From Ginsengibacter sp. (GTDB lineage Bacteria > Bacteroidota > Bacteroidia > Chitinophagales > Chitinophagaceae), in assembly GCA_039918315.1 (NCBI GenBank), contig JBDSHT010000010.1, positions 8,355 to 72,354 of the forward strand: a DNA stretch of 64,000 nucleotides, read 5' to 3'. Position 1 is the stretch's first letter. Each line of letters begins with the position of its first letter. Position numbers and translations under genes: made by a program. Shown here in pieces: positions 48,223 to 58,893 of the stretch. The notes beneath the pieces are model-generated. The model did not search any database, had not been told where the DNA came from, and saw only the letters and a program-made list of their open reading frames with translations.

Positions 48223-50892
48223 ATGAACGATTATAAAAACAGCAGAAGAAAATTTTTGAAGCAAACCAGCCTGTTGACCGGCGGCACTTTACTATTTAGT
48301 AAAAACTCCTTTGCCATTTTTAAAGAAGGCAGAAATATTATCGAATTTTATGTAGTGCCCAATATGCACCCGGCATCTTGCGGATGGTTAGTAAATTTTT
48401 GTGTGGAACGGGTATATTGCGCCAACAACTACCTTGCTCAGATGAAAAGAGTTGAAGAAGATATAAACTACAAGTTTGTATTCTCGGAGGTTAACAATAT
48501 GATAGCCATTAAAAACCTGGTACCCCAACGCTATGAAACACTTAAACAACAAATTAAAGGAGGCAAGGCTGAAATAGTAAACGCATTTTTTTGTGAACTG
48601 ACACCTAACTTGTCGGGTGCAGAAGCAATTATTCGCAGCGGTGTTAATGGTTTAAAATGGTATAAAGAAGTGCTGGGCCAGCAACCTCGTTTTAACTGGA
48701 TGATAGATATTGCCGGCCTTCACGAACAATCGGCACAGATCACTGCAGGGCTTGGGCTGGAAGCCCAGGTGCATTGCCGCATGAATATATCTTCCTCCCC
48801 GGTATATGATGCGCAAAGTCCTGACGGTACAATCATGCGAACCATTTCGCCGGGACATTATTTCAATTGGGCAGAGGTTTTTACTTCCACTACTCCATTG
48901 ACCGCAGAGCAAATAAAAACATTAAATGAGAAAAGCAGTCATTTCAAGAAATTAGGTAATCTGCCGCGGCTTGTTCTCTCCGGCGGCGGTGATTATTCTA
49001 AGGCGCCATTCGTGCAATCTTATCCCACGAAATTTATAGAAGATTGGAAAAAAATAAATGCTACAAACATTAAATTTACCACTTTCAGCGAATACTTTGA
49101 CTCCATACAAGAGCAAATAAAAAATGAAAATATTCAGGTTCCCGTAGTGAAGAAAAGCTGGGGCTATAGTTGGGATGGTTTCTGGGTGGAGAATTACAAA
49201 GTAAAAAAAATGTTCAGGGAAGCGGAACACAACTTATATACTACAGAATTACTGGCCTCAATTGCAAGTATTAAGAGCAACTATGTTTATCCTTCGCAAA
49301 ACTTATACCATGCCTGGGTGCAACTGCATCTTAACAGCGACCGTAATTCTCTATGGGGTGCAGCTACAGGAGCTGTGTTTGAAGATGCAAAAAGTTGGGA
49401 TGTACTAGACCGCTATAATTGGATAAAAAATTGTTGCAATAAGATCGGCAAAAAAACAATGAATCCTAAAAATGAAAACAGTATTTCTGTCTTCAATCCA
49501 CTCAACTGGAAATTAAATATACCTCTCGCAATCTCCTTACCTCATGGCAAAAAAATAAAAGGAATATCTGCACAACAAGCAGGTGATAAAACGATTCTTT
49601 TAGCAAATGCTCCAGCGATCGCTTCACAGCAATTGCATTTTGAAAATGGCAACACTTCTAAAGCCGTACACTCAGCAATTCCACCAATCATAGAAACTGA
49701 CTTTTATAAAATAAAAATAGATAGTACTAGCGGAGCGTTAACATCTCTCGTCATTAAATCTTCTGGTAAAGAATTAATTGGCGCTGCATCCAATATTTAC
49801 TTTGGTGAAACTACAAAGGCAGATAAGAGCGCCGTTGCACAAGGTGCCCACATTTTGCCTGAAGATGTTCCAAAAAATGATGGTAACATTTATCATGCTA
49901 TTGATATAAGGCAAAACCGTTTGTCAATTGCCAGCAGTAAGGGTAAAAAAGCAAGTATCCTTTACAGCAAAGGTCCGGTAGCACATATGGTGCAAATAAA
50001 AACTTCTTTGTATGCAGAAAATGATGTAATGCAAACTATTACTATCTATCATCAATATCCAAGGATTGATTTTGATATTCAATTGTCAGATCTGGCAGAT
50101 AAAACTATAAACTTTACTGACTTTAATTTCGCTGCAGAAATTATTAATACCAAACGAGGCATACCCGGTGGCTTTGCAACCGAAACACCTGATGAATTGA
50201 TTGCAAGAGAAGAGGGCATTCACCCCGTTATTGAATGGAGTAGTTACGATTTAAGCAACGGAACAAGTTTTGCAATTTTAGACAGGGCCCTGCCCGGACG
50301 TGAAGTTGGCAAACAAATGGTGAGCATGATGTTGTATGCGGCTTCCAATATTTACATGCAAATTGATGGTGGTTGGCTAACGGGAAAGGGGAAACACAAT
50401 ATTAGTTTTGCGGTGTGTGCTTTTGATACGGTTGATAAATTAAATAAAGAATTACCAAAATTGGCGCGTGCTTACAACGCACAGTTCCTTACACAAACGG
50501 GTGCTGCCTCTACATTACAACAATCATTTTTTACCACTTCTGAGAACGTAATAGTGCAATCTGTTCAACGAATAGTGGACGAGCTGGAGATACGCTTTGT
50601 AGAATGTTATGGTAAAGCCGCTACCGCAACTATCACACTAAACAAAAAGTTGGGTACAGCAAGGCTAACCAATTTTATTGGAGATGGAAATGAAATTTTA
50701 GGCGACGGTCCATCGTTCAATATTGCTGTTCGTCCGCAGCAGATTGTTACTTTGCGTATTAAAACAAAAACCACTGTAGCTGCCACGACGAGCATTACGG
50801 AATGGACTGTGTTGGTGCCTGATAATAAAAAAGAAATGCTGAAATTTTATGATCCGTCTATGACGGGCAGACCCAGATTGGAGGCGCAATAA
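48223..50892 (+). CDS. GH38 alpha-mannosidase-like glycoside hydrolase, Tat signal
   Basis: SRRKFLK; VVPNMHPASCGWL, WMIDIAG, GGGDY, VFNPLNW, PRIDF, RFVE. Confidence 0.72.
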   Translation: MNDYKNSRRKFLKQTSLLTGGTLLFSKNSFAIFKEGRNIIEFYVVPNMHPASCGWLVNFCVERVYCANNYLAQMKRVEEDINYKFVFSEVNNMIAIKNLVPQRYETLKQQIKGGKAEIVNAFFCELTPNLSGAEAIIRSGVNGLKWYKEVLGQQPRFNWMIDIAGLHEQSAQITAGLGLEAQVHCRMNISSSPVYDAQSPDGTIMRTISPGHYFNWAEVFTSTTPLTAEQIKTLNEKSSHFKKLGNLPRLVLSGGGDYSKAPFVQSYPTKFIEDWKKINATNIKFTTFSEYFDSIQEQIKNENIQVPVVKKSWGYSWDGFWVENYKVKKMFREAEHNLYTTELLASIASIKSNYVYPSQNLYHAWVQLHLNSDRNSLWGAATGAVFEDAKSWDVLDRYNWIKNCCNKIGKKTMNPKNENSISVFNPLNWKLNIPLAISLPHGKKIKGISAQQAGDKTILLANAPAIASQQLHFENGNTSKAVHSAIPPIIETDFYKIKIDSTSGALTSLVIKSSGKELIGAASNIYFGETTKADKSAVAQGAHILPEDVPKNDGNIYHAIDIRQNRLSIASSKGKKASILYSKGPVAHMVQIKTSLYAENDVMQTITIYHQYPRIDFDIQLSDLADKTINFTDFNFAAEIINTKRGIPGGFATETPDELIAREEGIHPVIEWSSYDLSNGTSFAILDRALPGREVGKQMVSMMLYAASNIYMQIDGGWLTGKGKHNISFAVCAFDTVDKLNKELPKLARAYNAQFLTQTGAASTLQQSFFTTSENVIVQSVQRIVDELEIRFVECYGKAATATITLNKKLGTARLTNFIGDGNEILGDGPSFNIAVRPQQIVTLRIKTKTTVAATTSITEWTVLVPDNKKEMLKFYDPSMTGRPRLEAQ

Positions 50893-51100
50893 GACAATTG
50901 AAGAAAAAATTTTAGAGATATTAAAGACCTAATTTTAGAAATGTCATGTAAATATCAATCTAAAAATGATGGGGTTATTGAGTTTGATCTAGCATGATTA
51001 TTACAAGAATAATGTAATATCAAAATGACAACTTTGGATGGAACCCAAAGATCTGCTCTCTTTATTAACAATCGTTAAACTTAATTTGTTAGAAGCCAAT

Positions 51101-53824
51101 CTATTTTTTGATACTGAAGATTTTTACTTGCGGCGATACAATATTGAACCCATCTAAGACAAGTTTCAAAACTCCTTTAGGAACATCTTCCTTTGAAAAG
51201 GTTATTTTTATCGTTGTAGATTCTCCCGGCAAAAGATTGAAAAAATTGTCTGAATAAAAAGCAGGCCTAATGCTTTTGCCATCTTCATCTTCCAGTTTTA
51301 GTTGAGTGAAAAAACTTAATCCTTTTGATGGGTTGCTCACTTTAACCAACATCTCCTGATCTGTAAGAACTGAGTTCATAGTTAAATTAACCTTTTTTAA
51401 TTTATCCATTTCCCTGAAGCCGGAAACTGCAGGACCTGTCATAGTCCAGGCACCTTTATATTTATCTTTCGATCGCCAATAAAAAGAGTTGGCAACGGTT
51501 TTACCCTGGCTGTTTTTCAATTTTAATTTAATAAAATGTACTTGCGAAATATTTGAGGGAAATTCAAGTTTCATCGCATCGTTAACAACTCCGTCTGCCG
51601 GAATCTGAATTACTTTCTTTTCAGATGATACCAAATTACAACTGAGATCATATATATCCGCTTCCAGCCTATAATTATTAAAAGCCGTCCGGTAATCATT
51701 ATAAACGGAAACGGTATTTTTTAAATAATCAAATTGTGGATGAAGGGGTGCCAAAGCATTTTGCGAGTAATATAATGCAGCCGTTGGTTCCAGCGACCAA
51801 CTATACAAACGCCCGGCTACCTGTGGTTCTGCACTATTATGATACCAGAATAAAAAACCAGAGGCAAAACGGTCGCCATAATTAAATTTATTATAATCCC
51901 ACACTTCCCAAATTGATCTGTAGTTCATGGCTCCAACAAACTGAGCCTTACGGGCATATTCAGCAATGGAAGACGACAACCCATACTCATTAACAGCTTC
52001 CTTATAACCGGTAGTCATCAGGTGAAAACCGCCACCGTCCCTATAGTTCCATAAACTGTCATTGATAGGCCAAAGGTCTTTTTCAGGCATCATTTGTTTT
52101 AAAGATGATAAAATAGGGAGACAGGGAGCACCGTATTCAGGATTAAATCCATCAACGCGACTACCCCTCTTGGAAGCAGTATTTTCAAAGTATTGCATCG
52201 GGTTGATATATTTGTAAGGACTACCATCATGTACTCCGCAACATTCCGATTCCCGCTGATATCCTATAGCGCTGTCAAGACTATGTATCAAATCCCCGGC
52301 TCCGGGAAGTTCCGTAGATTCATTAGCGGAAACATAATATGCCACCGAAGCATGAGACCTGATCCGTTTGATCGTACCGGTAAGGTTTTTCATATACAAC
52401 GCGGTATCTACAGGGAAATGGGTATTTCCGGTAATCCAGAATTCACTCCAAACCATAATACCATATTGATCGCAAAGCTGGTAGAAATAGTCCGACTCTG
52501 GTATGCCACCACCCCACAATCGCAAGAAATTAATGCCAGCCTGGTGGGTATATCTTAATTCTGCATAAGTTCTTTTCTCTGTATTCCTACACATGGCTTC
52601 AGGTATCCAATTGGAGCCTCTTATAAAAACAGGTACACCGTTCACCAGAAAACGTCTGGACGAATCAGGTGTATTCTGATCTGTAATGATTTCGCGAATG
52701 CCAAAACGGCTTTCTATCCGGTGGCTAACAACTTTGTTATTTACAAATGAAAGCTGTAGATCATATAGATTTTGTTCACCTTTATTCACCGGCCACCAAA
52801 GCTTTGGATTGGCAATATGCAGTTGCGGATAATCCACCGAACGAAAAATAACTTGTTTTCGTTCGCCTGCCTGTAGTGTGACAACTTTTTTAAAATTTAT
52901 GTTTAATCCTTTTATAGTACCCTCAATGGTACCATGTTGTACCTCTTCAGACGTATTAAATGCCTCTACAGAGATGGTTTCATCTGCTGAAGAAGTATCA
53001 GGCAATGGAAGTTTGCTTTGTACGTAAGCATGCTGTAGTTGTACATCCCCTGTAGCAAACAATTCCACATCTTTCCAAATACCTGTGTTCCGATCTCTCA
53101 CGCCATCGGGGAAAGTAAAATCCCAACCCACGCTCATAAGCATAGTTACATTTTTACCAATCTCACCGTTGCCGCCATTTTGATTTTCGCCTATAGATCC
53201 GGGGCTACTGCCAGCCTGAGGATGGCTATTACCTGGAAAATCTACAGGAGAAACATCAACTGCCAGAACGTTTGTCTCATGCAAATGAGCAATATTACTT
53301 ACGTCAAATTGCTGACTATTAAACATCCCTGCTATTGCACCCAATTTTTTCCCATTCAACCAGATGGTACAACGATAGTTGATACCATGAAATTTTAGCC
53401 AAAGCCGTTTGCCTTTAAAACTCTTCGGAACAGTAAAAGATGTCCTGAACCAGTAATGATAGAACTCGTTTCCTACCTGCGAAATATCAGGAATCAGATT
53501 TCGGGTTAATTGGTTATTATCACCGTAATACGGGTCTGGATATACTCCATCTTTTACCAATGAATTTAAAACGGTTCCGGGCACAATAGCATCGTGCCAG
53601 CCGGACGCGATATAACCGGAAGCTGAAACCTGTTGTCCTCCCACAGTAATATCGCCAACTTTTTTTATTTGCCATTTACAAGGTCCATTAAATTCCTTAG
53701 TAGAACGAAGGAATACCGAGTAACTGCTGGAAGGCGCTGAAAGATGAGTAGAAGACGATTGGGCAAATAATACATTGACAAAACTACTCAACAAAATAAT
53801 TAAGAAAGGATATAATCTCAACAT
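51101..53824 (-). CDS. GH2 glycoside hydrolase (beta-mannosidase/exo-glucosaminidase-like)
   Basis: GWDF..RDRNTGIW, FGIREI, RLWGGG, SANE, FNPEYG, YSDNFF. Confidence 0.88.
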   Translation of the reverse strand: MLRLYPFLIILLSSFVNVLFAQSSSTHLSAPSSSYSVFLRSTKEFNGPCKWQIKKVGDITVGGQQVSASGYIASGWHDAIVPGTVLNSLVKDGVYPDPYYGDNNQLTRNLIPDISQVGNEFYHYWFRTSFTVPKSFKGKRLWLKFHGINYRCTIWLNGKKLGAIAGMFNSQQFDVSNIAHLHETNVLAVDVSPVDFPGNSHPQAGSSPGSIGENQNGGNGEIGKNVTMLMSVGWDFTFPDGVRDRNTGIWKDVELFATGDVQLQHAYVQSKLPLPDTSSADETISVEAFNTSEEVQHGTIEGTIKGLNINFKKVVTLQAGERKQVIFRSVDYPQLHIANPKLWWPVNKGEQNLYDLQLSFVNNKVVSHRIESRFGIREIITDQNTPDSSRRFLVNGVPVFIRGSNWIPEAMCRNTEKRTYAELRYTHQAGINFLRLWGGGIPESDYFYQLCDQYGIMVWSEFWITGNTHFPVDTALYMKNLTGTIKRIRSHASVAYYVSANESTELPGAGDLIHSLDSAIGYQRESECCGVHDGSPYKYINPMQYFENTASKRGSRVDGFNPEYGAPCLPILSSLKQMMPEKDLWPINDSLWNYRDGGGFHLMTTGYKEAVNEYGLSSSIAEYARKAQFVGAMNYRSIWEVWDYNKFNYGDRFASGFLFWYHNSAEPQVAGRLYSWSLEPTAALYYSQNALAPLHPQFDYLKNTVSVYNDYRTAFNNYRLEADIYDLSCNLVSSEKKVIQIPADGVVNDAMKLEFPSNISQVHFIKLKLKNSQGKTVANSFYWRSKDKYKGAWTMTGPAVSGFREMDKLKKVNLTMNSVLTDQEMLVKVSNPSKGLSFFTQLKLEDEDGKSIRPAFYSDNFFNLLPGESTTIKITFSKEDVPKGVLKLVLDGFNIVSPQVKIFSIKK

Positions 53825-54180
53825 TTGAATATTGTATGGTGGTAAAAATTATTTATGGCGTTTGCTGCAATCTTCATTGGTTTGGGTAGATTTTTTTACT
53901 ACATTTTTGCCCTTAATTTCTTCTCCGATAAAGATCAGGTTTTAATTCTTTTCTCAATGTGATAATTTTCTACTTAGATATATTTGCTATTACGAAATTT
54001 TTTGAATTTGTAACCTTGTTTCCCACTTAATATCTGCTATGTACGTTAGGCAATCTTCGTCTGTCTTAAAATGGTTAAATTTTACTGAATTCATCCCAGT
54101 AATTTTATCCCGTTTTTCTATAATCTAATGTATGGAAACTCGGATAGCAAAACCGCCTATTCCTATTAAAATATTTCAGG

Positions 54181-54690
54181 TTAATTATTACTTATAAAAT
54201 TTTCAGCAAAATGATATTTTACTGTTTGTAAATGCTCACAGTATAATACTAATTCACCTTCGTTCTTAAATACTTCGTAGCTAGCCCGGGATATTCCCAT
54301 ATCCTTATATTTAGGCTGCTTATCGATATCCGTTTTGATGGTATAAATCGTATCACCAATAAATACTGGTTTAATAAATCGTAATTTATCATAGCCGTAA
54401 CTAAATGCATTTACACAATTGGTTGCCACGAGACCAAGTCCTGCACTGAAAATAAATGCCCCGGCCACTAGTCTTTTTCCGAATATACCTTCTTTTTTAG
54501 CAAAAATTTCATCAGCTACATAAGGATGCATATCTAAAACCAAGCTATTGAATTGCATACTTTCACCTTCGCTAATCGTACGGCGTATAGAACGTATTCT
54601 TGTTCCTATCACAATGTCTTCATAAAACCAATTTTCAGCATTCCAGACAGGAATGTCTTTGTGTTTAGATGGATCTGGGTTTGGGTTCAT
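54181..54690 (-). CDS. MaoC-like (hot-dog) dehydratase
   Basis: [40 protein letters not shown]. Confidence 0.88.
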   Translation of the reverse strand: MNPNPDPSKHKDIPVWNAENWFYEDIVIGTRIRSIRRTISEGESMQFNSLVLDMHPYVADEIFAKKEGIFGKRLVAGAFIFSAGLGLVATNCVNAFSYGYDKLRFIKPVFIGDTIYTIKTDIDKQPKYKDMGISRASYEVFKNEGELVLYCEHLQTVKYHFAENFISNN

Positions 54691-54705
54691 TTTAAAAGAA
54701 TTTAT

Positions 54706-55803
54706 TTAGACGATTAATTTTATTGCACCACTATTACTGGATTCATTAGCAGCTTCCACGCAAGCCATAGTATAAATACAATCTTCTACAGAATTATCCG
54801 GGGAATTTATCTCGCCTTGCGCGGCTTTCATCACTTCTGTCATAGAGCCTATAAATGCATGTGGAAACCAGCTTCCTTCAATATCCATTGTCTTCCATTT
54901 AGGTTCCTTACCTTTTTGCAAAATGACGTATTCAAATACATCAGGAATGCCTTTCGGATAATTCATCAATACGCCCATTTTTATTTTAATTGCTCCCTTT
55001 GTCCCTTCAAACTTAATATAAGACTGCTGGTTATGTAAACCAAATTGATGACAATGATTGGTTAAAATATTTGCTCTTATCAGTTCACCATAATCCATAA
55101 TAATGTTACTCCTTACGGAAGCTAATTCCTGCATCAGCGGGTGCTTTGTCGTTCTAGAATATATAGCAGATGGGTTGCCTAAAAAAGAACGTACTAAATC
55201 AATATAATGAATGCTGTGATAAGGAACTTCTACTCGTGGAGCATTATAAAGGAAACTCCATAAATGCCAGGGGGTATATACATTTACATTCACTTCTATA
55301 TCGCACAGTTCACCGATTAAGCCCTCATTGATCATTTTTCTGGCAGCCTTTATAAAAGGGGCATATCTCAACTGAAAATTAACCCCTGCAATCATCTTCT
55401 TCTTCCTTGTAAGTTGGAGAATCTGTTTTGCCTGTTCATAATTTTCTCCCATTGGCTTTTGTATTAAGACTGCTGCACCATTTGGTAATTTTTTCAAAAC
55501 TTCCAAAACAACGTCTCCCGGTAATGCCAAATCAAAAACCACATCTGACGGAGCCGTTTCTAGCATTCCTTTTATACTTTCATATACGACCGGTATATCA
55601 AATCTTTCTGCTGTGGTTTTTGCCTTTTTCAAATCAATATCATAAATACCAGCTACTTCAAATCCTGCAATTTCATATGCCGGAAGATGGGCATCGTTTA
55701 CAATACCACCGGCACCAATGATCACTATGGGCCGTAATTTTTTGGGCGTTGAAAAAAGCTGCTTCATTTTAGCCCGTTCATCATATTTCTTTATATCATT
55801 CAT
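54706..55803 (-). CDS. Gfo/Idh/MocA family sugar dehydrogenase
   Basis: GAGGIV..AHLPAY, QKPMG, NFQLRY, YHSIHYID. Confidence 0.88.
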   Translation of the reverse strand: MNDIKKYDERAKMKQLFSTPKKLRPIVIIGAGGIVNDAHLPAYEIAGFEVAGIYDIDLKKAKTTAERFDIPVVYESIKGMLETAPSDVVFDLALPGDVVLEVLKKLPNGAAVLIQKPMGENYEQAKQILQLTRKKKMIAGVNFQLRYAPFIKAARKMINEGLIGELCDIEVNVNVYTPWHLWSFLYNAPRVEVPYHSIHYIDLVRSFLGNPSAIYSRTTKHPLMQELASVRSNIIMDYGELIRANILTNHCHQFGLHNQQSYIKFEGTKGAIKIKMGVLMNYPKGIPDVFEYVILQKGKEPKWKTMDIEGSWFPHAFIGSMTEVMKAAQGEINSPDNSVEDCIYTMACVEAANESSNSGAIKLIV

Positions 55804-55810
55804 AAATTAT

Positions 55811-56866
55811 TCATTCTAAAACTTGGGTTCCCAAATAGCTGCCATAGATAAGAATCAATACAGACAGTATCAGAATTGTAAGTGCCATTGCAAGAGTCCA
55901 TTTCGTTTTTATTTTAACGCCTCCCCATTCTTTTAATATCAACCCTACCACACTACTAAATAATACCAGCATAATCATGTGAATGCCCCAGCTACTAAAT
56001 TCATAAGTTCCCATTCTGGTATGACCTAATCCATAGAAAAAAAATTGTAAATACCAAAGCAAACCGGTGATAATTGCTAAAATATAATTCAAGGATAAGG
56101 CTGAGGATTTTTTAGTTCCCAGCAATTTTTTATATTCGCCAAAAGTTTTTTCTTTTAAGTGCAGATATATACAATAGATCGCTGTTGTGAGAAAAGCACC
56201 TGTGTTAGAAAAAATATAGATTACGTTGCCCTGGTAATGTCCTGCACCATATTTTGCAGCAACATCAGCAATCGGTTGCCCCTGATCCAATGAAATACCA
56301 TACACCGCCGCAAGGGTTCCCGCCAAAATGCAAAGTGACAATCCCTTTGCAAAAAAGAAGGTAGATTCTTTTTTCTTATTGCTTTCCAGATTCTTTTCCT
56401 TCAACCGACCAGCCAAGCCACAAAATCCAATACCTAAGATACCTAATATCAAACCAAATATCACCCATCCTGATCCGGTTTGGCTAAGTAACTCGCCCAA
56501 TTGATCATGTATTAACGGAGGCACTAAAGTACCTAGAATAGCAGAGATACCAACGGATATAGCATAAGTCAATGAAAAACCCACATAACGAATCGCCAAT
56601 CCAAAAGCAGTACCACCAATCCCATAAGCTGCACCCAATAAAAAAGATATATACATAGACGTACTAGGTGCTTCAGTCAATACTTCGTGTAAGTGAGGTA
56701 TGGTAAGCCAGGCACCAAAAAATGGCAATATCAACCAACAAATCATGGCTTGCGCCAGCCAATAAGTCTGCCATGACCATGCAACCGTCTTTTTCTCTGG
56801 TGTATAGCACAATGAGGCGCATCCGGCACCACTTCCATGAAATAAAACTCCGATAATTACACTCAT
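55811..56866 (-). CDS. rhaT: RhaT-like L-rhamnose/proton symporter family
   Basis: WSWQTYW, GIGGTAFGLAIRYVGFSL, WYLQFFFYG, LKEW. Confidence 0.8.
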   Translation of the reverse strand: MSVIIGVLFHGSGAGCASLCYTPEKKTVAWSWQTYWLAQAMICWLILPFFGAWLTIPHLHEVLTEAPSTSMYISFLLGAAYGIGGTAFGLAIRYVGFSLTYAISVGISAILGTLVPPLIHDQLGELLSQTGSGWVIFGLILGILGIGFCGLAGRLKEKNLESNKKKESTFFFAKGLSLCILAGTLAAVYGISLDQGQPIADVAAKYGAGHYQGNVIYIFSNTGAFLTTAIYCIYLHLKEKTFGEYKKLLGTKKSSALSLNYILAIITGLLWYLQFFFYGLGHTRMGTYEFSSWGIHMIMLVLFSSVVGLILKEWGGVKIKTKWTLAMALTILILSVLILIYGSYLGTQVLE

Positions 56867-56868
56867 AA

Positions 56869-57729
56869 TTATTGTGATAAATTGTAAAATGAGACAGCAT
56901 TTGAGTACAGTACTTTTTCCTGATCTTCTGGACTCAATTCTTCAGAAAAGATTTCCTGGTAAGCGAACCATGCTTTTTCATAATGCCCCGCTAATAAAGA
57001 TACCGGCCAATCGCCACCACAGAAACACCGTTCAGTGCCAAACTTCTCCAAGGCATAAATCACATAAGGTTTCAGGTCATCTTTTGTCCAATTATTTCCA
57101 TTACAAGCCGTTGTTCCAAGGCCCGATATTTTAGCATTTATGTTACTGTGTTCAGAAGCCTCCTTCATTAATTCACCCCATTTACCAAATCTTTTTTTAG
57201 TGGCTATAGGTGGTTGGTTAAGATGATCTAATACCAGTCTCAATTCCGGCAATCTTTCTGCTACCTGAATAGCCGTTTCCAAATGCTCTGAATTGACTCC
57301 TACAATATCATAAGGAATGTTATATCCGGCTAAAATTTTTAAGCCCTCAATTACTTTATCCTGCAATAACCATTGAGCATCCGGTTCATTATGGATAAGA
57401 TGGCGGCAACCTTTGAAATACTGATTGTTTAAATATTTTTTACTCAAAATTCTATCGGTTTCTTCAGGATCGGTTAAAGGTAGCCAACCGACCACTCCAT
57501 CTATCCAGGGAGTTTGAGCTGCTGTTTCTAACATCATATCTGTGTCTTCAAAATTATTGGCAGCCTGTACTAATACTCCTTTTATGACGTTAGTTTGGTT
57601 AATAAGAGGGCTTAACTGGTCAATGGAATATGTTTTATTCAGTATGCTGGTATCATTTTTAAGCCAATCGTATTCTGCTCTTTTCAGGTCCCAGGTATGA
57701 ATATGGGTATCAACTATGCGTTTTGTCAT
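56869..57729 (-). CDS. Amidohydrolase-2 family sugar lactonase (L-fuconolactonase-like)
   Basis: DTHIHTW, LVQA, GVVGW, RH, LDHL, KISG, GDWPV. Confidence 0.82.
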   Translation of the reverse strand: MTKRIVDTHIHTWDLKRAEYDWLKNDTSILNKTYSIDQLSPLINQTNVIKGVLVQAANNFEDTDMMLETAAQTPWIDGVVGWLPLTDPEETDRILSKKYLNNQYFKGCRHLIHNEPDAQWLLQDKVIEGLKILAGYNIPYDIVGVNSEHLETAIQVAERLPELRLVLDHLNQPPIATKKRFGKWGELMKEASEHSNINAKISGLGTTACNGNNWTKDDLKPYVIYALEKFGTERCFCGGDWPVSLLAGHYEKAWFAYQEIFSEELSPEDQEKVLYSNAVSFYNLSQ

Positions 57730-57753
57730 AAAGCAAATATTTAATGGTTCTCG

Positions 57754-58893
57754 TCATAAATTAAATTCCTGTTTGATGGATTCGGTATGTTCTCCTAATT
57801 TAGGAGCACCTTTGGAATACTTTAATAATTGCCCGTCCACCCTTATTGGACAGCGGGTCGTTTTTAAAAGTTGAGTTCCGATGGATACATTCTGCTCCAT
57901 TTCCAGTACCTGATAACCCTCTTCTTTCATTAGCATATCATAATCCAATACCTCTGCACACCATATATCTGCGGGTTCCAATATGGCAAGCCATTCTTTT
58001 GCTGATTTATAATTTAAATGGTTTTGCAAGATTTTTTGTATGTAATATCTTTTATCAAACCATTCCTCAGGATCTATAAAAGAAAGTAAGGCATTGCATT
58101 CCAGTAGTTTCCCAAGCTGAGGAATATTTCCCATGGCAAGTGCCAGATATCCATTTGCTGTTTTATAAATACCATAAGGGGCGGCAATGTAAGCATGTGC
58201 GTTATTAATGGCACTTCGTTTCGGCAATTTGTACCCATCGTTATAAAAACAAGTTAGTACTTCGAACTGAAAATCTAATACACTTTCCAGCATACTGACC
58301 TCTATCAGTGCCCCTTCCCCTGTTGTAAAACGACTATATAATGCAGCCAGTATTCCCTGTACTAAATGAGTGCCGGCTAATATGTCAGCCACTGCAACAC
58401 CCATAGGAGTCGGGTTATCGTCGCTATTGCCGCTTAGCCAGGTAATCCCTGAAACAGCTTGCAATAACAAGTCTTGTCCTGGATTATTCTTCCATTCACC
58501 CTCATCACCATAACCATTAACACAGGCATAAATTAGTTGAGGATTAATTAATTTAACCGCTTCATAAGAAAGACCAATCCGCTCCATTACACCGGGTCTA
58601 AAATTATGCATCAAAACATCTGCTTTTCTGATCAGACCTTTCACCCCTTCTAAATCATGTACATTCTTTAAATCTGCATGGTAGCTTTCTTTATTCCGAT
58701 TGATCGCATGAAAAATAGTAGATTCTCCGTTTACTACTGTATCGCTCACATATAATCCTCTACAAATATCTCCTGTTTCAGGACGTTCTATCTTAATGAC
58801 CCGGGCACCCATATCGGCTAATCGAAGACTGGCGGAAGGCACTGATAAAAACTGGCTGAAATCCAATATTAATATATCTTCTAAAAGCTTCAT
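57754..58893 (-). CDS. Class III CoA-transferase (CaiB/BaiF)
   Basis: LADMGARVIKIERP, NRNKES, HNFRPG, GQDLLLQ, VADILAG, PKLGEHT. Confidence 0.92.
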   Translation of the reverse strand: MKLLEDILILDFSQFLSVPSASLRLADMGARVIKIERPETGDICRGLYVSDTVVNGESTIFHAINRNKESYHADLKNVHDLEGVKGLIRKADVLMHNFRPGVMERIGLSYEAVKLINPQLIYACVNGYGDEGEWKNNPGQDLLLQAVSGITWLSGNSDDNPTPMGVAVADILAGTHLVQGILAALYSRFTTGEGALIEVSMLESVLDFQFEVLTCFYNDGYKLPKRSAINNAHAYIAAPYGIYKTANGYLALAMGNIPQLGKLLECNALLSFIDPEEWFDKRYYIQKILQNHLNYKSAKEWLAILEPADIWCAEVLDYDMLMKEEGYQVLEMEQNVSIGTQLLKTTRCPIRVDGQLLKYSKGAPKLGEHTESIKQEFNL

